From IMG/VR virus record IMGVR_UViG_3300037575_000021, positions 1 to 64,000 of that record: a stretch of 64,000 nt of DNA. One strand, 5' to 3'. The stretch is from a virus. Below, one piece after another: positions 10,261 through 20,747 of this stretch. The notes beneath the pieces are model-generated. The model searched no databases, was not told where the DNA came from, and saw only the letters and a list, made by a program, of their open reading frames with translations. The position numbers and the translations under genes are program-made. Within the stretch, counting starts at the first letter, position 1. Each line of letters opens with the position of its first letter.

Positions 10261-10941
10261 CTAATTAGTCTTCGCATAGGTTGATAAGGTTGTTGGTGGC
10301 ATCGGGCTTATAGGAGGCCCTGAAGGCCCTACACCTGTTGGGTGCGTATGTCCATCAAAGTAAGTCTTGAATGCATCACCAAGAACTAACGCCTCAGCTG
10401 CACCTTCACCGATCTCAACAGCTGATGCTGCATTGATCACAATCTTACCGTCCTTCTGAACCTTGATTTCTGATTCAGTCTCACCAATACCATTCCTTAG
10501 AGATAAGTTCTCAGTATCAACCTCAGGAGAGTTAACTGAAGTGAATAGCCCGGGTAGTGCTACAGCGTCTGAGATGCTGTGCTTCCTACGACTAAATGGA
10601 GTCTGAGTATTCATACCATCCGAGGATAGAAACTCCTCTATGCTCCTCATAGAGAAGACTAGGAGGACTGTATCGCCCGGGGCCAATGGAAAGCTAACCA
10701 TAGCTCCTCCACCAGCTGGGAAGATCACGGGAACCTCTGGGAGGATAGGAGTCTCATAAGCAGACCCATCACTCTCCACTCGGTTAACTAAAGGTTTAGC
10801 ATCGATAACCACTTGGGTTCCAACCTTACCAACTTTCTCAACCTTAGCTGGCATAGCTGTGTAAAGATTCGTCATCAGGTTGGCGAATGTACCCCTAACA
10901 ACATCTTCAAATGTTAATTTCATTATGGGATCCTCTGACAC
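10261..10941 (-). CDS. Baseplate central spike (Gp138-like)
   Basis: VPVIFP.GG...FPL.PGD.VLLVF, RKHSISDAVALPG and C-terminal HTH metal motif. Confidence 0.9.
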   Translation of the reverse strand: MSEDPIMKLTFEDVVRGTFANLMTNLYTAMPAKVEKVGKVGTQVVIDAKPLVNRVESDGSAYETPILPEVPVIFPAGGGAMVSFPLAPGDTVLLVFSMRSIEEFLSSDGMNTQTPFSRRKHSISDAVALPGLFTSVNSPEVDTENLSLRNGIGETESEIKVQKDGKIVINAASAVEIGEGAAEALVLGDAFKTYFDGHTHPTGVGPSGPPISPMPPTTLSTYAKTN

Positions 10942-11924
10942 TCAATCTCTGTATCCCAAGCATCACCTCTGAAGTTCAACTTGTGAGAAACTGATTGAAT
11001 TTTATAGTCACCTTGGTAATCTCCAAACTTAACTTTAAGAGTTGTATTGGTTGTGATGTTACCGTTTAGGAATGTTGTGAGTTTAATACCTTGTGGTTTA
11101 GATGCCTTAGAGAATGTAGAGGTTGAACTCTTATCGTCATTCTGGCTAATAACACCTTTCACATTGGTTTCGATAATATCTACAGATTCAATTAATCCAT
11201 TTTGTTCCTTGGGGTGAACGTTTAGTTTCCCCAATGTTATATACCATCCGTAATCTATCTCGTTGCATACTGCAGATAGTGAAGCGGATAGTGACCCTTC
11301 CCTGACAAGTGCTCTTGTTATTGCTTTCGAGGTACGTTCGTTTACGGTGAAGTCACCTTGAACAATACCTTTTGAAACAAACTGGGAAATTAAATCTGAA
11401 AGAATATTTTCGTAGGTTGTGTTTTTAGGGTAGGTCTTAAAGTATTTTGCATTCTTTAAGATGTTAGCTCCATCACTGCAAACCAGTGTGGTTACATAGT
11501 CGGGGCCAACCCTTTCTGTAGATACCTTAACGACTTGACCTGTGTAGATAGCCGGAAGGGCTTCATCTTTTTGATAGCCAGCTCTCAGAATAACTGAGGA
11601 CTCAGCTGTAATAAAATTAATGGTCGTGTCACTAAGGTTAAAGACTTTGATGACAGCTGGTTGAGAATTCTTACCAGCTGGTGCGATATTATAATCTATC
11701 GATGCCTCGATCTGAAGATCAGTCAAGGTTATAGCCCCCGAAGGAACTGTTGAGTAATCTGAATAACCTGAATCAGATCCTCCCCCCACAACAACATCTG
11801 AGCTATCATTCTGAGTTAAAGAACTCGGAGCAGGGGGAGCAGTTTCTGTGTTCTGTGTGGACTTCAAAAGGTTAGCCGGACTACCAATTACCAATTCATA
11901 TTTATGAATGAAAGCATTAGCCAT
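10923..11924 (-). CDS. Baseplate hub protein
   Basis: I.VFNLS, LRAGY and Y.I.SV.H.L.FRG..W motifs; position. Confidence 0.8.
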   Translation of the reverse strand: MANAFIHKYELVIGSPANLLKSTQNTETAPPAPSSLTQNDSSDVVVGGGSDSGYSDYSTVPSGAITLTDLQIEASIDYNIAPAGKNSQPAVIKVFNLSDTTINFITAESSVILRAGYQKDEALPAIYTGQVVKVSTERVGPDYVTTLVCSDGANILKNAKYFKTYPKNTTYENILSDLISQFVSKGIVQGDFTVNERTSKAITRALVREGSLSASLSAVCNEIDYGWYITLGKLNVHPKEQNGLIESVDIIETNVKGVISQNDDKSSTSTFSKASKPQGIKLTTFLNGNITTNTTLKVKFGDYQGDYKIQSVSHKLNFRGDAWDTEIECQRIP

Positions 11925-11926
11925 TT

Positions 11927-12265
11927 TTAGAGTCCTAGTTGTTCAATCTCTTCTAGTGTTAAGTATAAGAGTTCGTAGTCTTTACCAATCCCGAAATTAT
12001 CTCTTCCGACTGGATCAGATGTTTCTTTTAGCCTAGCACAGAACAATTCTCCGTCTGGGAAATCCTGCAGGCAATACCTACCAGTTAGATCATAGTTCTC
12101 AATAACTTTCACACTGTTGATTACATCAGATCCTGATAGACTTATGTTTATGTACCAACGGGATGATCTTTCATTATAAGAGATCTCAAAGATATAACTA
12201 CGTCCCGAAAGGGATACAACCTGTCTACTCCAAGCTGTATCAGGGATAAATACACTAACTGCCAT
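11927..12265 (-). CDS. Baseplate-associated protein
   Basis: YNER..RWY motif; between tube initiator and hub. Confidence 0.65.
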   Translation of the reverse strand: MAVSVFIPDTAWSRQVVSLSGRSYIFEISYNERSSRWYINISLSGSDVINSVKVIENYDLTGRYCLQDFPDGELFCARLKETSDPVGRDNFGIGKDYELLYLTLEEIEQLGL

Positions 12266-12266
12266 G

Positions 12267-12875
12267 TTAGCCTCCTGTCACTTGTTGGGTTCCCTCTCCG
12301 ATCTGCCTTAGAGACCAATCCAATAAATCTTCCTGTTCAACCGTTTGAGTTGTACCAGCACCATTCTGAAGATTACTTGCATCATTCTGGAAGCTAGGGT
12401 CAGCTGTTGGTTGTGCAGTCACCTGTGCTTGGTCAGCAAATTCAACCTTAGTAGCCGAGAGATCTACGAATAGGTCTCCACTGCCCGGGCCAGATCTCTT
12501 ACTGATCTGCACTGAGGTTATGATGCAGTTCTGAAGAGGAGTTATTAAGTTCTTAGGTTCACCGAAGCCCCCTAAGGTGGGAGTTTGGAACATTGTAATC
12601 GTAACAGGGGTAGCGTTGTCCTTGATATCCTGAAGGTTAACTATGTAATTCTCAGGGGCAATAACAAACTCAGAGTTAGAACCCTTAGCTTTCACCCTTG
12701 TCAGAATGCCCGAGATAGTCACTGTGTCTTGATTCTGGATAACGTGGTCAACAACAGATCTACCACTCTCAATAGGGTTACTTGTAAGAGTACTTGATGT
12801 TGTGTATTGAGTACTAGTAGTGGCATCGAGTTGGTAGATAAGGCCTGTAACAGAATCTGTTATAAAAGTAGCCAT
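12267..12875 (-). CDS. Tail tube initiator / Dit-like protein
   Basis: T.NPIESG..V.DH motif; follows tape measure. Confidence 0.75.
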   Translation of the reverse strand: MATFITDSVTGLIYQLDATTSTQYTTSSTLTSNPIESGRSVVDHVIQNQDTVTISGILTRVKAKGSNSEFVIAPENYIVNLQDIKDNATPVTITMFQTPTLGGFGEPKNLITPLQNCIITSVQISKRSGPGSGDLFVDLSATKVEFADQAQVTAQPTADPSFQNDASNLQNGAGTTQTVEQEDLLDWSLRQIGEGTQQVTGG

Positions 12876-14866
12876 TATTGTACTGCCTCCATTGAAGGTA
12901 CTAATTGATTCTGAATAGCGGTCTCTACCACACGGGTAGCAGCCTCTTCATCTAACCCATTAGCGTTAACTTCGATATTTACCTGTCCGATGCTTCCGCC
13001 TCTACGTCTATTGAACCTTTCCCTTTGTTTAGACATAGCTACTCTGGATGCTTCAGCTCCACTAGCTTTTAATCTAGCGGCGGCTTGCTCATTACCAAAC
13101 AGGGCTCTAACCCCATCTACAACGGATCCGATGAAGTCGCTAAGTCCTCTCATGAAATTAGGGAATGCATCCTCAAGGGCCTTGTTCAAGGCGTCCCCTA
13201 TCATAGTCCCAATATTAAATGCGAAAGCTAATAGGAAGGCTTTGACAAAGAATCTTCCAAACGTCTTACCTGCTGATAGTCCTCCTGACTTCATAAGTCC
13301 GAACAACTTCTTACCTGTGAATATGGTTGCAAGGGATGTCCCTATAGCTAGAAGACCTTTTAGTGGGCCATCTTCCATACCAGAGATCTTATTCAAAGCT
13401 CTTTCTAAAATACCAAAAGGTAAAACAATAACACCTGCAAGTATTTTAAATAGTCCAATAAGAACCCTCACAGCTCTCCCTAGAACACTCAACTCCTTAA
13501 CGCCTTTCTTAGTCATATCGGAGATATCTGACATAGATCCTGTCACAGTATCTAAAAGGATACCAAACGGCCTGATGATTTGGGTAAGGGCCCTTATAGC
13601 TATACCTAAACCACTTAGAGCCGCACCAACAATCCTACCAATTGATCTGAATGTTGGGGCCAATTGATCAACTGTTGCTCTTAGGTCATCAAAGAAAGAT
13701 GTTAATCCCTCACCAAGTCCTTCATCGAATGCCTGAGATATGTTGATCTGATAGGCTGTAGATAATCTTTGTAGAGAAACACGAGTAGTGTTCAGAGAGG
13801 CTGTAAGTGCTCCACCTTCCCTAGCAGCTATCCTTAGCTGTTTGGCAAACTTAGGTAGGAACTCTGTAGAGATAAGCTCTCCGTTCTCAAGCATCTTAGT
13901 TAGTTCTGGGATTGTTGCTCCAACAGCTTTAGCAGCTGTAGATAGAGCAATAGGCATCCTATCACCTAATTGTTGCTTAAGTTCTTCACTGGTCACTGTA
14001 CCTTTAGAAAGGATCTGTGTGAACGCTCTGAAAACACCGAAGGTATCTTCAGCTGATAGGCCAAATGCCGCCGAAGCCTCAGAACCTGCAAGGAATATTT
14101 CCTTGGTCTGCTCCATTGAGAGGCCAGCATTATTAGCGGATACGGCTATTTGCTGGAAACCTTTAGCACTTGTGCTTAATTCACGACCAAGATTCATCGA
14201 GGTCTCTTTAACGAACTCGAAGTCTTTTGCAGCCTGTTCAGTAGATCCAGAGGCGGCTAATAAAGATGCTCGCATAGATTCAAAATCCATACCAGTTCTA
14301 CCAGCTCCACCTGCTATCCCTACAGCCGCAAAAACTGATAGGTAGCTTCTTGCTAGGTTTCTAGCAGAATCTCTGGCAGAGTTCATAGCGAAGGTCTGAG
14401 CCTTGAAAGCTCTCGATGCCCTATTGCTCTGCTGTACCGTTGTTGTAAGTTGATCGTTAACCAGTCTTAATTGGTTAGTTATCTTTGAGAAGTCACCTGC
14501 AGTAGATGCCTTCTTAATAGATGCTGACAGTTGATTAAACTGTTGTTGGAATTGCTTAAGTTGTGCTTTTGATTCAGGAGTTCCTAGTACACCAAGTCCA
14601 CGAGTTGCTTTTCTTCTAGCAATCTCTAGGGATGATGCTACTCGGTTTCTCCTGATTTGAATTCTTTCTGCAGCTTTAGCTGCTCTCTCTTCCTGACGAA
14701 GTTGATCAGCAAAGAAAGTTTTAGAGGCTTTCATCCGAGCTTCTTGGGTTCGTTGAGCTTTAGCACCAATCCTTCCCATTTTAGCTTCTATGTTAGAAAG
14801 CCCTTTATCGACCTCACTAGAGTCAAAGCCAAGCTGTAGGATAAAATCCTTAATAGTCATTGCCAT
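12875..14866 (-). CDS. Tape measure protein
   Basis: QILSKGTVTSEELKQQLGDRMP tape-measure domain; Ala/Gly-rich helices. Confidence 0.92.
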   Translation of the reverse strand: MAMTIKDFILQLGFDSSEVDKGLSNIEAKMGRIGAKAQRTQEARMKASKTFFADQLRQEERAAKAAERIQIRRNRVASSLEIARRKATRGLGVLGTPESKAQLKQFQQQFNQLSASIKKASTAGDFSKITNQLRLVNDQLTTTVQQSNRASRAFKAQTFAMNSARDSARNLARSYLSVFAAVGIAGGAGRTGMDFESMRASLLAASGSTEQAAKDFEFVKETSMNLGRELSTSAKGFQQIAVSANNAGLSMEQTKEIFLAGSEASAAFGLSAEDTFGVFRAFTQILSKGTVTSEELKQQLGDRMPIALSTAAKAVGATIPELTKMLENGELISTEFLPKFAKQLRIAAREGGALTASLNTTRVSLQRLSTAYQINISQAFDEGLGEGLTSFFDDLRATVDQLAPTFRSIGRIVGAALSGLGIAIRALTQIIRPFGILLDTVTGSMSDISDMTKKGVKELSVLGRAVRVLIGLFKILAGVIVLPFGILERALNKISGMEDGPLKGLLAIGTSLATIFTGKKLFGLMKSGGLSAGKTFGRFFVKAFLLAFAFNIGTMIGDALNKALEDAFPNFMRGLSDFIGSVVDGVRALFGNEQAAARLKASGAEASRVAMSKQRERFNRRRGGSIGQVNIEVNANGLDEEAATRVVETAIQNQLVPSMEAVQ

Positions 14867-15177
14867 TATCTGCTTCCTTTATCAAGAGCTTTCATCTTCT
14901 CCTCGTGATCCTTGTGTGCTGCTGTGTCAATGGCTTCCATACAATCTATATATTCTTTATATTCAAGAAGCTCTGGCAACGTCATCTCATATCTGAGGAA
15001 ACGGATAGTCTCTTTATTGTATTTACTTCGGTATATTGTGTAGATATACCAATCTAATGAGGTAAGAGAACAAGTCTTTTCTATTTGTCTGAGGACTCTT
15101 CCAGATCTGGAGTTGGGGTTGTTAGATTCTCCATCAGGCTCATTAAACGGGTCTGAAAACCGCTCTCGGTAAAAAAA
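14866..15177 (-). CDS. -1 frameshift extension of the tail assembly chaperone (gpGT-like)
   Basis: T TTT TTT at 15177-15171; the -1 frame is open to a TAA overlapping the tape measure ATG. Confidence 0.8.
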   Translation of the reverse strand, partial: FFYRERFSDPFNEPDGESNNPNSRSGRVLRQIEKTCSLTSLDWYIYTIYRSKYNKETIRFLRYEMTLPELLEYKEYIDCMEAIDTAAHKDHEEKMKALDKGSR

Positions 15178-15566
15178 CTTTCGAAGTTCTCCCTTAGTGC
15201 AAATTCCACTAACTGGATCATACTCCCGTAGTTACCTCTGAAGTGTGTATCGAAATTAATTTTCTTACCGTCAACCTCAACATTATTCAGTAACGCTGAA
15301 ATTAACTCTGCTACGTCAACCTTATCAAGTTGAGTAGATAGAAGGGTGGCTAAGTCAGAGAACGTTTTAGGTGCTCCGTGAAGTAGCTCATCGTGACGAA
15401 GACCATCAAAGCTTGCACCAATCGATGGCGCTAAAAGCTTACTGATCTCTAAAGACATTTTAAGACCAACTGTTGCAGGCAGAAGATGAAGTGTGTAGGT
15501 CACACCGTTGATCTCCTTAGTTGAAATACCTGCTTGTTTATTTATATCATTTATATCGAAAGACAT
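15081..15566 (-). CDS. Tail assembly chaperone
   Basis: Between tube and tape measure; FDTHFRGNY...FALRENF motif; slippery site. Confidence 0.85.
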   Translation of the reverse strand: MSFDINDINKQAGISTKEINGVTYTLHLLPATVGLKMSLEISKLLAPSIGASFDGLRHDELLHGAPKTFSDLATLLSTQLDKVDVAELISALLNNVEVDGKKINFDTHFRGNYGSMIQLVEFALRENFESFFTESGFQTRLMSLMENLTTPTPDLEESSDK

Positions 15567-15602
15567 ATTCTCTCCTTATAGAGGGGGCTATGCCCCCATC
15601 AA

Positions 15603-16091
15603 TTAAATGTTAGCTTCTACGAAGTTGTTAACTTGATCTACGATATCAGCCGTAGCTTCACCAACACCTTTAGGTACTGCAGTGAACACCATGTTCTCAA
15701 CGAAGAATGTAAAGGTACGAGCATTGTTAGAAGTACCTAGAGTTCCTTCACCGATTGATTGTAGGTGGGCGTTGTTAGATAGAACCAGAGTCGCACCAGA
15801 TGGATCAGAGATCACAAGAGGTAGACGAATAGGTGTGTCACTTGCACGTTGTGCAGCGTAAACACCAGCTAGGCGCTTAGCACCTGCAGAGGTATCCATT
15901 AAATCAAAAGCTACTGTACCAGTTTGATCTGGGCTCAGAGCTAGAGCAACTTCACCATCGGCTCCAACTGTAGGAGCTGAGAAGTCAGAGTTATAAGTAA
16001 TAGTAATGAAACTATCTTCTGCGTAGCCGTCAATAGGTAGGCCACCGAAGTTACTTACAACTTGTCTACTTGAGTATGTTACGTGTGCCAT
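15603..16091 (-). CDS. Tail tube protein
   Basis: GYAEDSFI...VGADGE motif; follows sheath. Confidence 0.85.
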   Translation of the reverse strand: MAHVTYSSRQVVSNFGGLPIDGYAEDSFITITYNSDFSAPTVGADGEVALALSPDQTGTVAFDLMDTSAGAKRLAGVYAAQRASDTPIRLPLVISDPSGATLVLSNNAHLQSIGEGTLGTSNNARTFTFFVENMVFTAVPKGVGEATADIVDQVNNFVEANI

Positions 16092-16103
16092 GTATTTCTC
16101 CTA

Positions 16104-17429
16104 TTAACCTTCAGAGATTGTTAGAACGCCGTTGAACACAGCTTCATGGATAGCACCAGCAAGGAAAGCAGTGAACTGAACGTTACGTAGTACACGAGCT
16201 TGTTTATCAGCTGCTGGGATCTCTGTGATCAATGGTGGGTTAGTTTCGTAAGACTCTAGGAAGTTAGAATCAACGAATGGTTGAAGTGCTGCAGATAGTC
16301 CAGAATCGATCTGAGAAATACCAGAAGCAGTGTAAGGGATCTTACCACCTTGCTGGTTGATAATCAGACTAGAAATTCTTTCAGTGATACGCGCGGTCAT
16401 TGTGTCACGACCACGGATAGTATCAATCCACTCTCCACTTTCAACTTTACCCGGGCGAGTTACTGGAACTCCACCAACAAGAGCAACCATATTGTATCCG
16501 TAAGATAGAACATTAGTTTGCTGGGTAGATGTTAGTTTGTTACCTGTACGTGGGTCTTTAGACTCAGCGAATAGGCTTAATTGGTTACCAGCCCAAGTTA
16601 CAGCATTCTCATCTGGAGCGTATGGTGCATTAACACCGATCCACTGAACTTCAGGGAAGTTAGCTGAATCTTCATGCCATAGAGTGATTGTACGATCCTT
16701 AGTAGGGGTGCTACTTGAAGGAGCGTCAAGGATAGCTGTATCTGAAGAAGCTTGGAAGAAAATACGATTCATAGCTTCAACTGCTGTAGATAGCTCACCA
16801 CGGAATACTGAATCTTCTTCTGCAGCGATGAAGTAGAAGTCTTCATCTTCTTCAAGGATTGCATTAAGAGCATCAGATCCTGTCTCAGTACTTGTGTAGG
16901 TATCTGCTAGGTTCTCAAGACCAGTGATAGAGAATACGTCAGAAGAGGTATTAGCTGTGATCTGTAGAGTTGCTGCAGCACCAACACCAACTACTGTTGC
17001 TGTGATGTGATCTGTTACTGGGGTAGCTGCATCGATATCAGCTTTAAGTGCAGTTACAATCTCTTCAGCTGTGTCTGCAAGTAATGCTGTGTAGTTAGCA
17101 GTTACGGAATCATTGTCGTTAACTGTTACAGTAACTTCATAAACTGTGTTCTCTGCAACATTCTCTGGTGTCAGGATAGCGTCTGAATCCCTACGTCCAA
17201 CCTTGAACAGTGGGCCTGACGGTGTATTAGCAAAGAATGCTGTTGCTGCTAGATATGGATCAGAAGTTGTACTGAAATCAGCTGCTACATCCTGCACACT
17301 TGCATAAGACCTTACACGACTTAGGTAAGCACTGTGCGAGGCAATAAACATCGGTGTACCAAAACCAGCTCTACTTACAGTTGTTGTCTGTAGGCTGATG
17401 TTGACTGTGGCTACTGGATTTAAAGCCAT
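16104..17429 (-). CDS. Tail sheath protein (DUF3383-like)
   Basis: GEWIDTIRGRD, KIPYT..GI and LAGAIH motifs. Confidence 0.9.
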   Translation of the reverse strand: MALNPVATVNISLQTTTVSRAGFGTPMFIASHSAYLSRVRSYASVQDVAADFSTTSDPYLAATAFFANTPSGPLFKVGRRDSDAILTPENVAENTVYEVTVTVNDNDSVTANYTALLADTAEEIVTALKADIDAATPVTDHITATVVGVGAAATLQITANTSSDVFSITGLENLADTYTSTETGSDALNAILEEDEDFYFIAAEEDSVFRGELSTAVEAMNRIFFQASSDTAILDAPSSSTPTKDRTITLWHEDSANFPEVQWIGVNAPYAPDENAVTWAGNQLSLFAESKDPRTGNKLTSTQQTNVLSYGYNMVALVGGVPVTRPGKVESGEWIDTIRGRDTMTARITERISSLIINQQGGKIPYTASGISQIDSGLSAALQPFVDSNFLESYETNPPLITEIPAADKQARVLRNVQFTAFLAGAIHEAVFNGVLTISEG

Positions 17430-17437
17430 TATGTCTC

Positions 17438-18013
17438 CTAGTTAATTGTTCCACTCATAGGGAGCGGGTTAGTGTCTTCATCACTTCTAAATACATCACC
17501 AGTGTATTCAACACCTTTAATATCTGTAGAAGTAATATCTTTAACATCTGTAATTGCAAATGTCAGATTGAATGAACTACTCTCGCTATATGAGGTTGAA
17601 AGCAGTTGTGGAATTTCAATTATGTCATCGGTTACTCTTACCTGACCTGAGGTTTCAGATCTAACTCTTTCAAGGATAACGTCTGTACTAAAGAAAAATT
17701 CTAGATCCTCTGCTATCGCCTTGGAGTTACCTCCGAATACGGTATAGTTGATAAGGATCTCTTTAACATTCTCGTACCTAATGGTATTATCATCAGGCAT
17801 AGATTGTTCAATTAGATATCCACCGGGTCTTCCTGTTGTCAGGATGTCTACGGTGACATATGGGAAATCTGGTTTAGGTCCGGGCTTAGTCTTAGCACCA
17901 GTTTGCCTAGAACGAATAACGGAAGGGTAAGAACCTGATGTGCTCAACTCTGAACCAATAGTGTCACGAGCAATACCAATAAATGTTCTATAAACTTGAT
18001 CATAATCTATCAT
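17438..18013 (-). CDS. Tail terminator/neck protein
   Basis: P.PDFPYVT motif; upstream of sheath. Confidence 0.7.
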   Translation of the reverse strand: MIDYDQVYRTFIGIARDTIGSELSTSGSYPSVIRSRQTGAKTKPGPKPDFPYVTVDILTTGRPGGYLIEQSMPDDNTIRYENVKEILINYTVFGGNSKAIAEDLEFFFSTDVILERVRSETSGQVRVTDDIIEIPQLLSTSYSESSSFNLTFAITDVKDITSTDIKGVEYTGDVFRSDEDTNPLPMSGTIN

Positions 18014-18381
18014 TGGTCATCATTCTCATTCTTATCTTTACGGACTAAAACAACCTCATAGTGATCGATTGAAAGTGTAGTCTCAATCCAAGGATCAGAT
18101 TCGACTGTCACATATACATAACCGTCAATGGTTGTCTCGTAAGCTTGTGTATTTTCAAGATGGTTTGTTGTGAAGATAGGAGACCTAGTGAAGAACACCC
18201 TAGCATCTGTAGATGAGACACCTTCAGGTAGAACATCTCTCTTGGTTCCTAATCTGAATGGTTGAAGTGATCCTTCGACATCAAACTCATGCTCGAACCC
18301 ATCAACGTAAAGACCATCTTCATCGTAGAAGCCCTCTTCGAACTTCTTAAAGGTGAGTGTCTTAGCTTTTAATAATCTCAC
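18010..18381 (-). CDS. Head closure/stopper protein
   Basis: GSLQP...LPEG motif; position. Confidence 0.7.
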   Translation of the reverse strand: MRLLKAKTLTFKKFEEGFYDEDGLYVDGFEHEFDVEGSLQPFRLGTKRDVLPEGVSSTDARVFFTRSPIFTTNHLENTQAYETTIDGYVYVTVESDPWIETTLSIDHYEVVLVRKDKNENDDQ

Positions 18382-18866
18382 TTCTTAATCTCCTCATCGA
18401 TAGAGTTTCTGTAGGCTAGGTTATCCCTAAGCTCTCCAGAGTCCACCAGAGGCTCATCACGACCTTTAATACGGATAGTGGTGGGACTATTAGATGCAAG
18501 GGCTGAAGTATCTCCAAATAAGCTCTGAAGCTCTTTCTGGTAGTACTTACCAATGGTATCTAGTAGTAGTTTAGCATCAGCTCTGCCAGCTAAGTTACTT
18601 GACCAATTGCGGATAGCGCTCTTAACTCGCATAGACTTCTGAGGCTTGGCCCCGAAGGCTGTTATCTGAAAGACTGGTCTCTTAGGGATATCATCAGTCC
18701 CAAACTCATGAATAGCCATCAGGGCTGGGAACGAGAGGCCAGAGGTGTGTTGCCCCTGACCTGCAAAGTAACCTATCTGGATATTCTCACCATCAATGGA
18801 TTTAACGTTTGCTTTTATTCTGTTAAGAGTGTTCCCCTTCTTAACTATCTTTGCTGTAAATCCCAT
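18378..18866 (-). CDS. Neck/tail completion protein
   Basis: AIHEFGT..IPKRP and NSP.TI..KG...PLVDSG.L motifs. Confidence 0.8.
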   Translation of the reverse strand: MGFTAKIVKKGNTLNRIKANVKSIDGENIQIGYFAGQGQHTSGLSFPALMAIHEFGTDDIPKRPVFQITAFGAKPQKSMRVKSAIRNWSSNLAGRADAKLLLDTIGKYYQKELQSLFGDTSALASNSPTTIRIKGRDEPLVDSGELRDNLAYRNSIDEEIKK

Positions 18867-18876
18867 GGTGGGCTCC

Positions 18877-20433
18877 TTATGCGACTCTCCAGATCTCTAT
18901 GTTTGTGAAATACATAGTGGCCTGAGTACCACCAGTCTCTGGGGCATAATCAATATCAATATTAAGAACGCCGGATCCAGTGAAATAGTCAAAACCTTGG
19001 AAACTCTCTCGCTGCTCAGAACCGCCATCCCTAGCCCTTTTGCGGTAATCTTCTCCATTGAAGAGGATTGTCGTATCGTTGACTTGGGCGCGAATTAGTA
19101 TATCGCGGGTACCTCTGTCAAGGTTGTGCAAAGTCATTACACCGATTCGATAAGTACCTGAAGGTAATGATGGGGTTGTTAATCGCTGGGCTTGCTGGAA
19201 GCTTGTAGACGTAGTAGATCTAACTGTGCCGTCTGACTCTGCCTGAAACTCAGTTCCAAACACGGGTAGTGCATCATCAACATATTTCTTAGTGGCGGGC
19301 TCATAATCTGCATCTGGTGTGAACGGCGTAGTATTATCCAGTTCCAGAACATCAGCCTTATCAGCTTTACTATCTAGATCTGAACTCAGTGCAACATTCT
19401 CAAATGTCGCCAGCTGAACGTCAGCCGTGTTGTATATAACTGTCTGACCAGCCAATGGACCAGCTGTCTGAAGACCACCAAAAAGATCTATACCGGAGGC
19501 TTTAACAAAAATGTCCTGATTATTCGAGATAAGGACATCATTACCAATATCGATGCTAACCTCTGTTCCGATTTGACCTGCAGTGATTGTGTGGTAAGTG
19601 TCGGCAATCTGAGGGGCTGTGTCGTCAGTCCCTAGGAAGATCTCGACTCTTAGGTTACCGGCTTCGGCTGGTCTAAACGAATAACCAACAAACAGTTCAT
19701 CGTTAGTTGTTGCTACTGTATAGGTCTGTGGTGCCGGTAGTTGCGTATCGAAAACGTTTGTAAGTGGGAGGGTTATCCTAGATCCAAGGTCAACTACTCT
19801 TGGGATACTAGAGCCCGTGTCATTATAAGATTGGATAGGAATCAATGCAGTATTCCCACCAGCCCCTGTGAATCCAAGAACCTGACTGGCAGAACTTATT
19901 TTAGCACCATCCTGACCAAGCAAGATAGAACCAGAACTAACCTCTTTAGATGATAATCTCCAAAGGGTTGCGTCATAGGATGCTGGTGCAGTTTCACCGC
20001 CCCAGATAAACGTAGATTCAATATCGTTACCTACATTAACTACAACAGGTAAGCCACTTTCAAGTAGACCTTCGTTTGGGGATGCTCCGAAGAACGCATC
20101 GCGCGCTGCTTTAGATGCGAAGAAGTAACTGTTACCTGTCGCTCCAGCTGGTCCTGTTTCACCTTGGACACCCGTAGCACTTGAATTATCCAACCAAACG
20201 GTACCACCAGAATCTCTTACTTGGAAAAGGGCTACTTGGTCAGGGCCATCGGAGTATTCTAATCTAATGTTCAAGCTTATGTCGTTGTCGTACGCTGTAA
20301 TCCAACCGGGATTAGCAGTATCATAGTTATCTCTTGCAGTTTCCGCTGCTGCCCTATCAGCGCCTACAAATACATTTTGAGGAGGGCCAAGGGTAAATCC
20401 GCTAGGCGCTCCAGTAGGAGGTAGAATAGGCAT
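18877..20433 (-). CDS. Putative head/neck fibre or decoration protein
   Basis: Short Gly-X-Y run GVQGETGPAGATG; ATKKYVD fibre motif; lies in the neck module. Confidence 0.55.
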   Translation of the reverse strand: MPILPPTGAPSGFTLGPPQNVFVGADRAAAETARDNYDTANPGWITAYDNDISLNIRLEYSDGPDQVALFQVRDSGGTVWLDNSSATGVQGETGPAGATGNSYFFASKAARDAFFGASPNEGLLESGLPVVVNVGNDIESTFIWGGETAPASYDATLWRLSSKEVSSGSILLGQDGAKISSASQVLGFTGAGGNTALIPIQSYNDTGSSIPRVVDLGSRITLPLTNVFDTQLPAPQTYTVATTNDELFVGYSFRPAEAGNLRVEIFLGTDDTAPQIADTYHTITAGQIGTEVSIDIGNDVLISNNQDIFVKASGIDLFGGLQTAGPLAGQTVIYNTADVQLATFENVALSSDLDSKADKADVLELDNTTPFTPDADYEPATKKYVDDALPVFGTEFQAESDGTVRSTTSTSFQQAQRLTTPSLPSGTYRIGVMTLHNLDRGTRDILIRAQVNDTTILFNGEDYRKRARDGGSEQRESFQGFDYFTGSGVLNIDIDYAPETGGTQATMYFTNIEIWRVA

Positions 20434-20723
20434 TATGTATTATCCTGTACGCTAAGAGGGGCATCAGTGTATCTTAATGACTTAGCCCAGACTGTATTTT
20501 CACCTACAGTGATAATCTTTACAGAGGTACTATTAGGTGAAATACTTAAGATCTCTCCATCATTAGACGAGGCTGATGGTTGTGATGCAGCAATCTGCAG
20601 GAGAATAGGGGAGGTTGATTTGTTTGAAATAACTAAAGCAGTTCCTACAGCTATTCCAGAGAGTGTGTTGACATCCGAGTAGGTGGTGTTACTTACAAGG
20701 ATATCAGGTATAGTATCGCTCAT
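20433..20723 (-). CDS. Small virion-associated protein
   Basis: GGAGG RBS; coupled to the next gene. Confidence 0.6.
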   Translation of the reverse strand: MSDTIPDILVSNTTYSDVNTLSGIAVGTALVISNKSTSPILLQIAASQPSASSNDGEILSISPNSTSVKIITVGENTVWAKSLRYTDAPLSVQDNT

Positions 20724-20747
20724 TATTCCTCCAAAAGGAAAGTATTA

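Noticed and set aside
12990-14996. Plus-strand ORFs within the tape measure gene
   Set aside because: Antisense shadow frames; the same applies to most short opposite-strand ORFs in the window.
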